DNA of 64,000 nt, from contig NC_043012.1 of the NCBI RefSeq assembly GCF_006345805.1, positions 45,198,001-45,262,000 of the forward strand. Reading direction: 5' to 3'. Origin of the DNA: Octopus sinensis (Eukaryota). Below, in pieces: positions 52,030 to 64,000 of this stretch (positions within the stretch are counted from its first letter, which is position 1; every line of letters begins with the position of its first letter). The notes beneath the pieces are model-generated. The model saw only the letters and a program-made list of their open reading frames with translations, did not search any database and had not been told where the DNA came from. The position numbers and the translations under genes were made by a program.

Positions 52030-52680
52030 TCTACTCCTTATGCAGAGGTTGACCACCTCCTGTACCTACACCATAGCACCATCATCTCATCTGATGTGGC
52101 TTTTGAAACCAGATAATGTTCTGAAAAAACACCCACATAGATTTCACATTTGGACCACCAAGAGCCACAGATAAGTTCTGATCTGTGTGGTTCTTAAAAT
52201 GTATTTTGAGGCCTCCGTTAGATTTGAAAACCTCCTGGCATACACTGCATTCAAACGTGTGCACAGACATGTGGGCATAATAGTTGGTAGAGGTTCGTTT
52301 TCCATGGGTTTGCAAATAAGCTCTGGGCCCAGCAAAAGAAAGACATGGTATGTCACAAACTGTGTACACGAAAAGGTCATTGTCATTTACCTTTTCGATC
52401 GTTATATTATTCCTTAGATCTCTTTTGAGTCTTACATGCGTAATCCTGGACTCTTCAAACGCTTTCACTCCGCTCCACACTTGTTTTCGCCAGCCAACTC
52501 GCTCCGAAGTAAGGGTTTCTATGTCTTCTGGATCCATTCCAAGTGACTGCATAGTAGTCATTATGGCGTTCTCAAATGAGATGGAATCAAAAGTTTCGCG
52601 GACTAGGTCTGTAGCATGCCAACAGATGGCAGCACACGGTGTGTTGGGATCATGTGTATACTGAAGTCTACGATGTCATG
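52030..52680 (-). mobile_element. RTE-BovB-like LINE 3' end with C2H2-like fingers
   Basis: SLGMDPEDIETLTSERVGWRKQVWSGVKAFEESR; CDIPCLSFAG; CSVCQEVFKSNGGLKIH. Confidence 0.85.
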
Positions 52681-53377
52681 GTGGTCAGCAGCAGAGAGCC
52701 AATGTGAAATTTTGCGTTAAACTTGGGACGTTTGATACAAAGACATTGAATATGCTTCGGCAATAGGTCACACATAATTTTTCGTGAGGAGCGGGCGCTT
52801 TAAAAGCGGGAAAACGCCCTTGGAAGACAATGAGCAATCTTGAAGACCTGCCGTGAGTTTCACCCCCGGAAATGTGCTATTGTACATCGATAATTCGACC
52901 CTAGCTCCTGACTGTCTATCGAGAGTTCTACTGTGTTGTTTTGAAGCAATGGAGGGAAAACATTCAGGAATGTGACCAGATCTGGGAAGCGTGAGGAATT
53001 GGATTCTTCACGACGACAAAGCATATTGTCACCAAGCTCTTCTCACTCGTGAGTTTCTCGCCAAAACGAACATGGTATCGCTTCCGCACCCTATTTGCCA
53101 GATATAGCACCTGTGAAATGCGATCTCTTCCCCAAAAGGAAAATGTAGCTCAAAGGTCACCGTTTTAACACCGTTGGCGAGATCCAGAGCGAGTTATAGA
53201 ACGTACTCCAATCGCTTACGGAAAACAATTTCCAAGCCGTATACCAAGAGTATCTTGAACACTGGGACCGGTGTGTAGCTGCGTTAGGTCACTATTTGGA
53301 TCGAAGGAGATAAAATTTAGGTACATAAGTTATTTTTTATTGAACATAACTAGTCCCGGACTTTTTGATACCACCTC
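52680..53377 (+). mobile_element. mariner transposon, internally deleted
   Basis: QRANVKFCVKLG, WILHDDKAYCH, DIAPVKCDLFPK; TIR-like end gtcccggactttttgataccacctc. Confidence 0.85.
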
Positions 53378-53398
53378 TCCGTGCTTCTTTTCTGTGTA

Positions 53399-53436
53399 TC
53401 TTTCTGTTGAAGAGCGTAGGCTCGAAACGTAAAAGA
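53399..53436 (+). ncRNA. minimal type I hammerhead-like motif in a Penelope terminal repeat (53378-53525)
   Basis: TCTTT-CTGTTGA-A-GAGC(GTAG)GCTC-GAAA-CGT-A-AAAGA; A6 replaced by U. Confidence 0.45.
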
Positions 53437-53574
53437 CTTGTTTTATTTATATTCCTGAGCGCCATACTAATACAATTGTTGTTTGTATTCCATCTGCCTT
53501 CGTCTTTTGTTTATTTTCATAAAGCTTCCCGTTATATATATATATTATATATATATATATATAATATATATATA

Positions 53575-53965
53575 TATTTATATGATATATGAAATCCGTG
53601 CTGTCTGTCTGTCTAAATGTCTTCTATTATTTCCTGCATCCTCCATCCAATTGCGCTCAACTTTGATATGTAGATACCGACGGTATCAGGGCGTGTATAT
53701 TTCTTGAAAGAAATTACAAAAATCGATTCCAGGTGAGAATGCGATCAATAAAGCCGTGGGAACGTGCATTTGTAAAATCGTTTTTCTTGGAATAGAAAAA
53801 AAACTGTCTTTATTTCTTTTTTTGCTGTTGTCTCAAATTTAGGTTAAATCTGTGTTTCTCAAAGGGGAGGCCTGTGGGACGGTCGGAGAAGGTGTTTTGA
53901 GAGAAAATTTCGTTTAAATGTTTGACAACTCAGCACCGTCCATTGGACGGGAGCGTTTTGCTCAC
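53575..53965 (+). mobile_element. possible non-autonomous Helitron/Helentron-type element
   Basis: 5' atatatgaaatccgtg(ctgt)n, internal ccaattgcgctcaactttg, 3' hairpin CCGTCC-ATT-GGACGG about 10 nt before the putative end. Confidence 0.4.
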
Positions 53966-53974
53966 GTGTGTATG

Positions 53975-54019
<45 letters not shown>

Positions 54020-54021
<2 letters not shown>

Positions 54022-54316
54022 AGGCGCAATGGCCTAGTGGTTAGGGCAGCGGACTCGCGGTCGCAGGATCGCGGTTTCGATTTCCAGACCGGGCGTTGTG
54101 TGTGTTTATTGAGCGAAAACACCTAAAAGCTCCACGAGGCTCCGGCAGGTGGTGGTGATCCCTGCTGTACTCTTTCACCACTCTTTCTCTCACTCTTTCT
54201 TCTGGTGGCCTGCTCGCTTAGCCAGCGGGGAGGCGTCATTCGAAGGCTAAAACAATGCGAACGCATTGTGACCAGCGATGTGTAACAACATCTGATGGTC
54301 TGGTCGGTCACGTGAT
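54020..54316 (+). mobile_element. tRNA-derived SINE family C
   Basis: A box TGGCCTAGTGG, B-box-like GTTTCGATTTCC; flanked by (TA)n. Confidence 0.8.
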
Positions 54317-54346
54317 ATATATATATATATATATATGTATTTAACA

Positions 54347-54503
54347 AGCTTTCAATTTCCGTCTACCAAATCCAGTCAATCGGATTTGCTCGGCCCGAAG
54401 CTATAGAAGAAGATACTTGCCAAATATGCCACGCAGTGAGACCGAACCCTATACCATGTGGTTGGGAAGCAATCTTCTTACCACACAGGCACCCTTGCAC
54501 CTA
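54347..54503 (-). mobile_element. SINE family A 5' half
   Basis: reverse complement of head through ggtagacggaaa. Confidence 0.8.
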
Positions 54504-54751
54504 TATCTATATAATATTTAATCTTTGCAATGAAAGATATTTATGATGATTTAACACGTACGAAACGGTGGGAGTGATTCCCTTCAGCAAACTGCATTGC
54601 CTTACAACTCATAGAGAAAAACGCATGTACACGATGTCTAAAATAAAACAGAACAGTCACGGCTGGAATGCATTTTGCATATGTCTGGCCCAGAGGAGGA
54701 AAGTTACACACGTTAATCCCCCCCACTCTCTCTCTCACACACACACACTCA

Positions 54752-54841
54752 TGTGCGTTTCTGCGATAATTTGGTAAGTGGTGGCGAGTTTTACAATAAT
54801 ATTTTAATAATCTTTAAGCTCTTAAAAATTATCATTATTAC

Positions 54842-54899
<58 letters not shown>

Positions 54900-54951
54900 T
54901 ACAGAATTGTAAAACTCGCCACTGCTTATCAAATCGTTGGGGAAAACGCAC
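54752..54951. repeat. about 45-bp imperfect inverted repeat enclosing (ATT)n; MITE/foldback-like
   Basis: atttggtaagtggtggcgagttttacaa vs ttgtaaaactcgccactgcttatcaaat; outer gtgcgttt/aaacgcac. Confidence 0.75.
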
Positions 54952-55027
54952 GTTTGTTTCTTTTTAAAAACAACACTGAAATTATAGTTCTAAAATTTGA
55001 GAGGAAAATGTGCAAGGGTGTGTATGT

Positions 55028-55068
<41 letters not shown>

Positions 55069-55229
55069 CGTGTGTGTGTGTGTCTTTGTGTCTGTGGGTG
55101 AAGCAAGTAAAAGATAAAACGTTTAAGGCATTTTAAATTCGATTTTAAAGAAATTTCTATTTTTTTCATGGGAGTTTCAATTTTTTTTTCTCTTTAAAAC
55201 ATTTGTTTTGAGAAGAGTGTCGAGGCATT

Positions 55230-55960
55230 GAGATCACTTTGCGTAACTACATATTAAATAAGAAATAGTCCCGGCAAGGTTCTTAAAATTTATCTCTTGC
55301 TTTCATATCCTTACGGAGAGTCCTCGTTGTATTTACGAACTTTTCAGGACAACCGAATTTCTTCAGCACCAACCACAGTGCATTGCTTATTAATCGTGTC
55401 AAAAGATTTGCCTATATCCACAAAACAGCTATGCAAGACCATGTTTTTTTCGTGGCTTTACTCTTGTAGTTTCAAGATAGTGAAGATCATATCAACTGTC
55501 CCTCTAGAAGCTCGGAAGCCAGATTGAGAGTGCGATATAGCTCTAGGGACTATGGATTTATCAAGGTTCTTTAAAAGGACTCGAGAAAGCACACTTCCAA
55601 TACCTGACAACAATGATATTACTCGGAAATTACCATATAGATCCTTGCGAACAAATTTATATAGGGTGATGAAAATAGTGCCAATCTAGTCTTAAGGAAC
55701 TTTCTCCTACCTCCACTAATATACAATGAAGGAATGAGAATTTCCATGCTAATGACATCAATATCCAGGACTTTATTATTATCGAAGTTTTTCACAGCTC
55801 CTGTGGTATCATCTTGTGTTGGCTCAGCAGACATATCTTTAACAACCTGATGGGTCACAACTTCCTCAATTATTTTCCTATTTACATTCGATCGTCTATT
55901 GACTAGATCAGAACAGTGTATTCCCATAGTCTTTTATATGAATAGACATCAGTAGAAAGT
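55230..55960 (-). mobile_element. RTE-BovB-like LINE RT N-terminal fragment
   Basis: AEPTQDD..AVKNFDNNK; LLSGIGSVLSRVLL; SQSGFRASRGTVDMIF; CFVDIGKSFDTIN; LKKFGCPEKFV. Confidence 0.85.
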
Positions 55961-56033
55961 TGAAGGCCATTAAGATATCTTACTGGAGTTATTGACGCTG
56001 ATATATGGCCAAAATGACAAAATAATGCTTTTG

Positions 56034-56069
<36 letters not shown>

Positions 56070-56074
56070 GTAGA

Positions 56075-56760
56075 AATCTACAGAAAATCTACAAAAGACG
56101 AAGACAGGTGTATAAACAACAAATAGGTGTATTAGTTTGACGCTCGGGAAGGTGATAAAGTCTTTTACATTTCGAGCCTACGCTCTTCAACGAAAAGGAA
56201 CACGAGAAAATAGATAGAGAATAAAAAAGTGTTGGTGATCCCAAAACGAAGGTGCGCGTGCGTATGTGTATGCGAGAGTGTGTGCGTGTGTGTGTGGATA
56301 GTGACTTTGACGGTGGATGTGTGCTTGTGTGTGTGCGTCTGTAATATGTGAGTGTGTGGATGATGATGTGGGTGCTGGGAAGTGGCCAGTGCTTGTGTGA
56401 GCGAAGTGATGTGGGTGAGGATGTGGGGATGCGTGGTGTGTTGTCGGGATGTGAGGGTGGGGTGTGGGGACATGATGGTAGCATGTGGGTTTGGGGTGGG
56501 GATGCTGGAGTATGGGTGGATATGAGGGAGTAGGATGTATGGGGGTGTAGATGGGGGTATCAATGAAGGGAGAAGATGGGTAGGAGCGAAAAGAAGAAGC
56601 AGGTGACAGGGTAAGAGAGGAGAGAAGAGAGGAAGTAGGTGTCAGATGAAGGGAGGATATGAGGGGAGTTGAGCTCATGTGGCGTAAGTGAGCGAAGAGA
56701 GAAGGCGGGAGTTCGGATAGCCCCTGTGCAAAGACAATCCGAATAGACAGGTGTTGTCAT
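56075..56760 (-). mobile_element. Penelope-like element 3' end
   Basis: GLSLHRG...FSLRSLTPHELNS matches the Penelope C-terminus; CT/CA-rich UTR; terminal repeat with degenerate hammerhead-like motif at 56161-56197. Confidence 0.8.
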
Positions 56761-57176
56761 GAATGACCGGTAGAGCGAATAAATCCTTCAAAGGGGTGTG
56801 TTGAACATCCAATTCGCTGGTACGTCAGTTGGGTATCATATAAATATTGATATAATTCAATTATAAAGATACATTGAATATAGAGATATACTATTGACAA
56901 TTCAATAATATATTTATATTATCATATTACATTACCTAATATGAATATAATATAACATAACATAAAACTATATCACATATGCTATATTATATTATATCAT
57001 GTTATATTCATAGTATTTAATATAATATTGTAATATAAATAAATTATTGAGTTGTCAATGGTAGATTTCTACATTTAAATTATCTCTCTCTCTATATATA
57101 TACATAAGTGACAATGTCTCCATAACAGTATGCTTGTATATATGTATAATATATACATGTATATACTAGAGTGATT

Positions 57177-57225
<49 letters not shown>

Positions 57226-58112
57226 TATATATGTATATTAAAAATGTTATATATGCACATACTTTAGATGCAACACAGTAAAGTATTTTTAAGGAATCAT
57301 ATCAGTCAAGAATATGATGACCATATTACCCTATTAGGAAAGTTAGATCGACTTACTGCTAATGCAGGTAACCGCTACGTAACTTTGATTTATGTCATAG
57401 ATCCCTGCTATATACCAGTGCTTCAATTTTCTTTGAGCTGTACGCACGTCAAACCAAAATGACATTTGTAAAACTCTCTGATTTCAAATTACTCCCAATG
57501 TCCCATCGAACCCTAATATCTGCTATACATCACTATCCGGCAGTATAATTTAATATTATCGAAATAATTTTCTCTTCCATCAATGATCTTATAAGATAGA
57601 CTTCGAATTCGTTATTTTCGTTGAGGATAATATATCTGCGGATTGCTGTGTATATCTGGCGCTGAAATTGCTTTCTAGATGGTCTTTGTTCACTTGTTCT
57701 AAAACAGAAAAGTTTTAGAGTGTAAGACATGAAATGGATAAAAGGATTCAGACAAAAATTGATATTAATGGCTCCATCGACAAGTATATTACAATAGGCG
57801 GAAACGGTATTGCAAAATCAGTTGCTATGTATTTTAGTTCACATACAACAATCGTGTTCTTTGGAATGGCATTAACAGCGAATTTCCAATTTCTACTCTT
57901 TGAAATCAATATATTTAATAACTAGTTGAATGCTATATCTGATCAGAAGTCATCCACGCCAGTATAATAGATCAAAGATCAGAGTCATAGGAACACATCA
58001 AGAGGGGGAGAAAAGAACAATGTGTTATCAAGGATTACTTAAATTTTATCAGGGATTTTATTCCTGGTTCAGGGAACGTGAGATACGAACGTATGTAGTA
58101 TTTATGAACATG

Positions 58113-58143
<31 letters not shown>

Positions 58144-58152
58144 TATATATAT

Positions 58153-58186
<34 letters not shown>

Positions 58187-58721
58187 ATATATATACATAT
58201 ATATATATGTATGTATATACGTGTATATTTGTGAGCGTATGCGTCAGATATTCTTTTATTTCTTCACGTTACGAGACAAGAGTCATGCTGGAATAATACA
58301 CTGAAGTGTTTATTCGATTGCCTCAACCATAGTGTATAAACTGCTAAGAAAAATTTTCCCTGTACCAAAGTAACAAAGCTTTTCGCTGAACTGATAATGT
58401 AGAAGGCTGTAAACAGACATACGTGCTCTCAAGAGGTGGCAACTCTAGCACAAAGACAAACACACATATATGCATATATATATATATTTATATATACATA
58501 CATAGACACAAGCATACATGCATACGAACATATATGCATACATAATATATAAATACTCTCATTCTGTATTTCTTTCTATCTCTCTCTCACTCTCTCTCTC
58601 TCACACACACACACACACAGATACACACGACACACATACACACAAAACATGTATATATTTGTTTAGTGCTGAATGTTGGATAAAAAGTACTCAGTACAAC
58701 AACAACAACCACAACAATAAT

Positions 58722-58852
58722 GATTTCAAATTTTGGCACAGGGCTAGGAAATTCGGGTAAGGGTAACTGACGCCAGTACTCAACTGGTACTTATTTTATC
58801 GGCCCTAAGGTTGAAAGGCAATGTGGGTTTCGGCGGAATTTCAACTCACAAC
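58722..58852 (-). mobile_element. SINE family B 3' part
   Basis: ttttggcaca..caactggtacttattttatc..gaaaggcaa..ggcggaatttcaactc. Confidence 0.75.
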
Positions 58853-58906
58853 CTTTATAATAATAATAATAATAATAATAACAACAACAACAACAATAAT
58901 ACTAAA

Positions 58907-59238
58907 TGCCCTGATGCAATCGCAGTGGCTCGCACGGCTTCTGATCTTAACTTATTGGAAATGTTATCATGTACATTGTTTTCTCTTGGTATAAGAGATG
59001 GGCTACACCAAATATTCTGCTCAATACCACAGATTTGCCTGTCAGTTGTTTGACCGTAACCAGTTGGACATGTCTCTTGGTGGATGACAATATGTGCATC
59101 TCTTATCGCGAGCAGAAGTAGTGGGAAGCATCATAACCGTGTGTTGAGAGGAATTCTTTTGGGTTTGAATAATACACCTCTGGAAACATGAGCATTTCGT
59201 TCATCATCCTTAAACTTTATTCAGGGATGGGCTCCAAC
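58907..59238. mobile_element. second partial copy of the (TAA)n-associated element
   Basis: tgccctgatgca...gagaggaattcttt.gggtttgaataat, homologous to 3956-4290. Confidence 0.85.
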
Positions 59239-59249
59239 AACCCATTCTC

Positions 59250-59450
59250 CCTCTACATAGAAAATAACAGGAATAGATACCTGGAAGACTGTTTCATTCT
59301 TTGGCATGAAAGTATAAAGAGACTTAATGAATTTCAAGCACTTATAAATGGACTTGACGTAAACATTCAATTCACTTCTATCGGCAAAAATCGGGGACGG
59401 CGATGAGTATGAAAATGGCCCCCTCCTTTGCTAACTTCGTGGCTGGTTGT
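59250..59450 (+). mobile_element. Penelope-like RT fragments
   Basis: RYLEDCFILW..LNEFQALINGLDVNIQFT and YRQKSGTAMSMKMAPSFAN. Confidence 0.7.
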
Positions 59451-59721
59451 TGACAGATTTTTCTGGTCTGTAAGGGATATTATCCCATATATACTGTTAT
59501 ATGAGTATTTTACGCGTTGAAAAATATATCTTTCTACTTGTACTACAATACATTTCAGCGCTTCAAAAACAAACTTAAGTTTGTTTACATATGACGGAAC
59601 CTGTATATATTTTAGTAAGGACTTGGGTGTCCGTATTCACTGTTAATACGCATGTATATATGACACTATTACCTCTTATAACCTCAATATATGTAAGTAT
59701 ACATATACATACATACACACA

Positions 59722-59784
<63 letters not shown>

Positions 59785-59796
59785 TAAATAAATAAA

Positions 59797-59832
<36 letters not shown>

Positions 59833-60273
59833 GCGTACGTACGTATGTACGTCAATACCTAACACTCTACCGGCCTATATACATAACAGTAGTTACTGTT
59901 TAAAAATGTTCACGTGTGACATAACATTGTTACTAAGAAGGTGCACAATTGCACAATGCTTCAAGTAGCAATGAATGACCTTACGGGCAGAAACCCAAAG
60001 TAACCACAGTTTAAAATAATGAATACTGGTGGAATATTTCAATCAAAACAGCAAAGTCTTGTAAGCACAAGTCATTAATAACTGAGAAAAGCTGTACAGA
60101 TTAACTGTCCTGCAGATGTGAATGTCAGATAAAAACAGAATTGGGAAAGTAGGACATGAATGGAGAACTGATAAGAAATCTACAGCTCTTGTATTCAGCC
60201 ATTAGGCTTTCCTTTGTTTCCGTTATGAAATGTTCACTGGACCACATAGTGACGGTTTGGCGTAGAAACTTAC

Positions 60274-60330
60274 AAATGCTTTTGTTCTACAAAAGAGTAC
60301 AAAGCAGACAGTTTTGCATTCTCCAGATAA
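60274..60330 (-). CDS. candidate 57-bp exon
   Basis: minus-strand acceptor ttgttttatcaattttcag| and donor |GTAAGT; open in two frames. Confidence 0.25.
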
Positions 60331-60407
60331 CTGAAAATTGATAAAACAATTACAGGTTTCTTCATTTGAGGTTCTTGAAGGAACACATGTACAAAATCGT
60401 TTACAAA

Positions 60408-60620
60408 TATCCATGTGTATTCCAGTGCATATGGATGTTCACATTTACATGCAAACATCAATGAATGAGGTAATCACAAAACCGAAAAAGCTCTCTTGAC
60501 TTAATGAAAGAGCCTTAACACTTCATAAGTGAGCGGCTTGAATTCTGCAAAGAAAACACACACACACACAACACACACACACACACACGCGCACACACAC
60601 ACTCACGCACACGCTCACAC
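60408..60620 (+). repeat. local duplication, second copy at 62778-62990
   Basis: about 150 bp of unique sequence with 2 mismatches, plus shared (CA)n variants. Confidence 0.9.
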
Positions 60621-61687
60621 ACACACACACACTCACGCACACGCACACACATACACATTATGTATTACATATATGTATGTATGTGTGTATTATGCATGCA
60701 TGTATGTATGTATGTATGTATGTATGTATCTATCTATCTATCTATCTATCTACCTATTTATGGGTTACCGGACACTGGTCCGTCGCAACTAGCATCTTTT
60801 CTTGACTGCAAAGGTGCCTAAGTCAGTATTGAAATACAACAGGTTACTTCATTTCCACAATAATGTTGCTACCTCCAGCATCTGTAGCTTCTTCGCAGCT
60901 GAAAGCTATATTGGCTAAACGAAAATTTTCTCTGCGGGTTTATTTTATAGGATCCATCAAATACATCACCATTTCAAACATCCACGCTCTTCCAAGGTTT
61001 AATACCTTCCAACGAATATATTTCACTTGTTGCTATTATGTGCTAGGTATAGTGCATTCACAAAGGATATTGATCGTACATTCCTGTGTGATATAAAATC
61101 AGAGAGATAGACAAAGTATTTCAGTTCCTTCTACAAATTTACCTTTAGAAATTGTTTAATATAATAAATATATCTACGGTTTCTAGTTCTTTAAAACTCT
61201 CACAAATCATTGTACAGAATATTAATAACTATGGAGCCATGTTAAATTCTCTTTGACTAATTACGTCTTCTCACAAGTAATTTGGACGTCTCAGTGAATT
61301 TGGCTCTGGACATTCTGGCGATATATCACCTCATTCTCAACTCACTCGAATATCATATTTAACTACTATGTATAAATACTATCGATACCAAATATAATAC
61401 AAAGTCCATTTTGTATCTAGCAACAATATCTGAAACGAAACTTATGCAATTTTTCTAAAGAGCATTCAAAATTCATAAATCTAAAAGGAGAATGTTATTC
61501 TAAGGACATAATCATATTACGTTCTTAGTAAACAGTGAATTGCACAAAGAAGCACCTTCCACTTTCGTGTCTCAAACGAAATTATTAACATATACAGAGG
61601 CATATTTTTTGTAATATTCAAATAGTTACTTTGTACTTCCAACCAAATAAAATGCCGCATGTTAGAGTATACACACACACACACACA

Positions 61688-61774
<87 letters not shown>

Positions 61775-61857
61775 TAACACACTTAAACATATACACAGCA
61801 TACAAGCATGTCGTGCATACACATACTCCCGCTCACACCAACACATGCCTTTATATC

Positions 61858-62075
61858 GGTTTCACATTTTGGTGCAACACCAATGATTTCTAGGGAGTGG
61901 GTAAGTCAATTACATGGACCCCCCCCAATCCTCAGCTGGTACTTATTTTATCGACTCCAAAAGGATAAAAGGCAAAGTCCACTTCGGCGGAATTTGAAAT
62001 CAGAACGAAAAGAAGGAAGAAATGCCGCTAAGCGTTTCGTCCAGCCACCTCACGATTTCGCTAGCTCGCTGCCTT
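61858..62075 (-). mobile_element. SINE family B
   Basis: ggcaaagtccacttcggcggaatttgaaatcagaacg..ctagctcgctgcc. Confidence 0.85.
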
Positions 62076-62117
62076 AAGGAATACATTCCTAGTAATATTA
62101 GTGGCAGTATACTCACT

Positions 62118-62440
62118 GAGAGAAGGCATGGCCTGGTGGTTAGGGTGTTGCACTCCCAATCGTGAGAGGTGAGATGGTGGTTTGAAACCCTAGACCGAGT
62201 AGTGCGTTGTGTTCTTGAGCAAAACACTTCATTTCACGTTTCGCTGCGATCACTTCGACTCTTCGACTCTGACGCGTGGTAGGTACACCGTGCACTCTTT
62301 CAGGCAACATCGATTTGATGGTGAGACTGATCTAATGTGCGGCACGAGCATACGATCGCTATAAAAAAAATCATTTATGCAGATCGTTCAGCAAAAGCTG
62401 AACGCGCATACTTCATCTTCGATGGGAGAGGCTATCATAC
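62118..62440 (+). mobile_element. tRNA-derived SINE (family D)
   Basis: A box TGGCCTGGTGG, B-box-like GGTTTGAAACCC, then gttcttgagcaaaacacttc core. Confidence 0.7.
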
Positions 62441-62549
62441 TGTACCCTTAGTTAATCGTTTCCTGTGAAATATATACTGCTGCGACTATCTGATTCCGTC
62501 GATTTTTCATTTCGCTCATTCTGTAAATATCCTTAATCCAGATACACAG

Positions 62550-62667
<118 letters not shown>

Positions 62668-63295
62668 GTCTATCTGTCTATCTGTCTGTCTGTCTCTCTG
62701 TCTGGGGCAAAATAAACGGTTGATTCATTAATGCCACAACAATTAATGGAAACAAGACACCTTTTATCTAAGGAGGGTATCCATGTGTATTCCAGTGCAT
62801 ATGGATGTTCACATTTACATGCAAACATCAATGACTGAGGTAATCACAAAACCGAAAAAGCTCTCTTGACTTAATGAAAGAGCCTTAACACTTCATAAGT
62901 GAGCGACTTGAATTCTGCAAAGAAAACACACACACACACACACCACACACACACACACACGCACACACACACACTCACGCACAAGCACACACACATACAC
63001 ACACAATAAACTTAAACACGCAGCAATACATTGTAGAAAATATTAACAAAAACAATTATATACAAGACAACCTAAAAACGAGAAAATTCGAAAGCATACA
63101 TTAACGAATAATCGAAAACTGTTTAAGGCCCATATGGGCACATAAAAAATACATTACAAGGGGCAAAAGATTTTCCTCAATCGAAGTCAGGTTTGAGTCA
63201 GAAGAGTAAACCAAAGTATTTTCTACAGAATCACTTGTTTTTGCTGTTGTTTTTGTTGCTGGTGCTCCTTATATATTGGACAACCACAACTTAGG

Positions 63296-63700
63296 CCGTA
63301 GGGTCACAAAAATAAAATTCAAGAATAGGCCCCTGAAACTGAAGCACAATGGCTGGTGTCAGCCACCAGCTACAATTTTGAAGACGTTACTAACATCTTG
63401 GAAATTGCCATCCTAGATCACCAGAACTGGATATGCCAGTCTTTCGAAATCTTGATTGAAGATAGAATAGAAAATATAGGAGATTTGATAAAACTACCAG
63501 GCGGCACCAACTTACATATCGCCGTTGAAGGCAGAAAACCACGCTGTCACCTCTGTGGCAGCAAAAACCACGTAAAAGTTGGTTGTGGTTGTCCAATATA
63601 CAAGGAGCAACAGCAACAAAAGCAACAACAAAAAAACCAAAAACCAAAGAAAGAACCAGCCCTACTACCCACACCGCCATATGCACAGCTGATAAAATAG
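63296..63700 (+). mobile_element. LINE ORF1/gag-like region with CCHC knuckle, degenerate
   Basis: LHIAVEGRKPRCHLCGSKNHVKVGC, same motif style as 27927-28010; frameshift near 63350. Confidence 0.65.
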
Positions 63701-63884
63701 CTCTACCAAGAAATGAAAGATCATCAGCAACCAACTAGCCAGCCCAAGCAAACGACAACTCTATCAGCGCCACCAAGAACAGAAACAGTACAATCACCAC
63801 CACCACCACCACCACCACAAATAACGCCGCCACCACCACCGCCGCCACCACCACCGCCACCACCATACCACCACCACCACCACC

Positions 63885-63916
<32 letters not shown>

Positions 63917-64000
63917 CAAAAAAACCAAAAACCAAAGAAAGAACCAGCCCTACTACCCACACCGCCATATGCACAGCTGATAAAATAGCTCTACCAAGAA
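63625..64000 (+). repeat. direct repeat with 287-bp period (63625-63713 = 63912-64000), cut by the window end
   Basis: identical caacaacaaaaaaaccaaaaacc...gataaaatagctctaccaagaa; (CCA)n between the copies. Confidence 0.9.

Noticed and set aside
57260-58080. Possible Penelope RT remnant
   Set aside because: Only vague motif resemblance; cannot be supported without a profile search.

Overview
Eukaryotic, AT-rich window saturated with repeats. The SINE, mariner, RTE, R4/Dong, CR1, Tx1-like and Penelope content and the dense microsatellites are most consistent with an octopus (coleoid cephalopod) genome; this is inferred from recognising repeat families and was not verified. There is no intact autonomous element, rRNA, true tRNA or CRISPR. 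Most long ORFs in the track are microsatellite read-through. A few weak host-exon candidates exist (+ strand chain 14377/32032/37952; - strand 3410 and 60274). Main points of interest: (1) four differently 5'-truncated copies of one Tx1/L1-like LINE stacked head-to-tail inside a (TATC)n/(GATA)n tract at 47.45-51.1 kb, suggesting a GATA-repeat-targeting retrotransposon; (2) several minimal hammerhead-ribozyme-like motifs in Penelope-type ends, one inside a 104-bp-arm palindrome and one at the tail of a putative tRNA-headed SINE; (3) a 555-bp element flanked on both sides by (TAA)n; (4) a Gypsy LTR element with both LTRs and TSD but lacking protease and RT.
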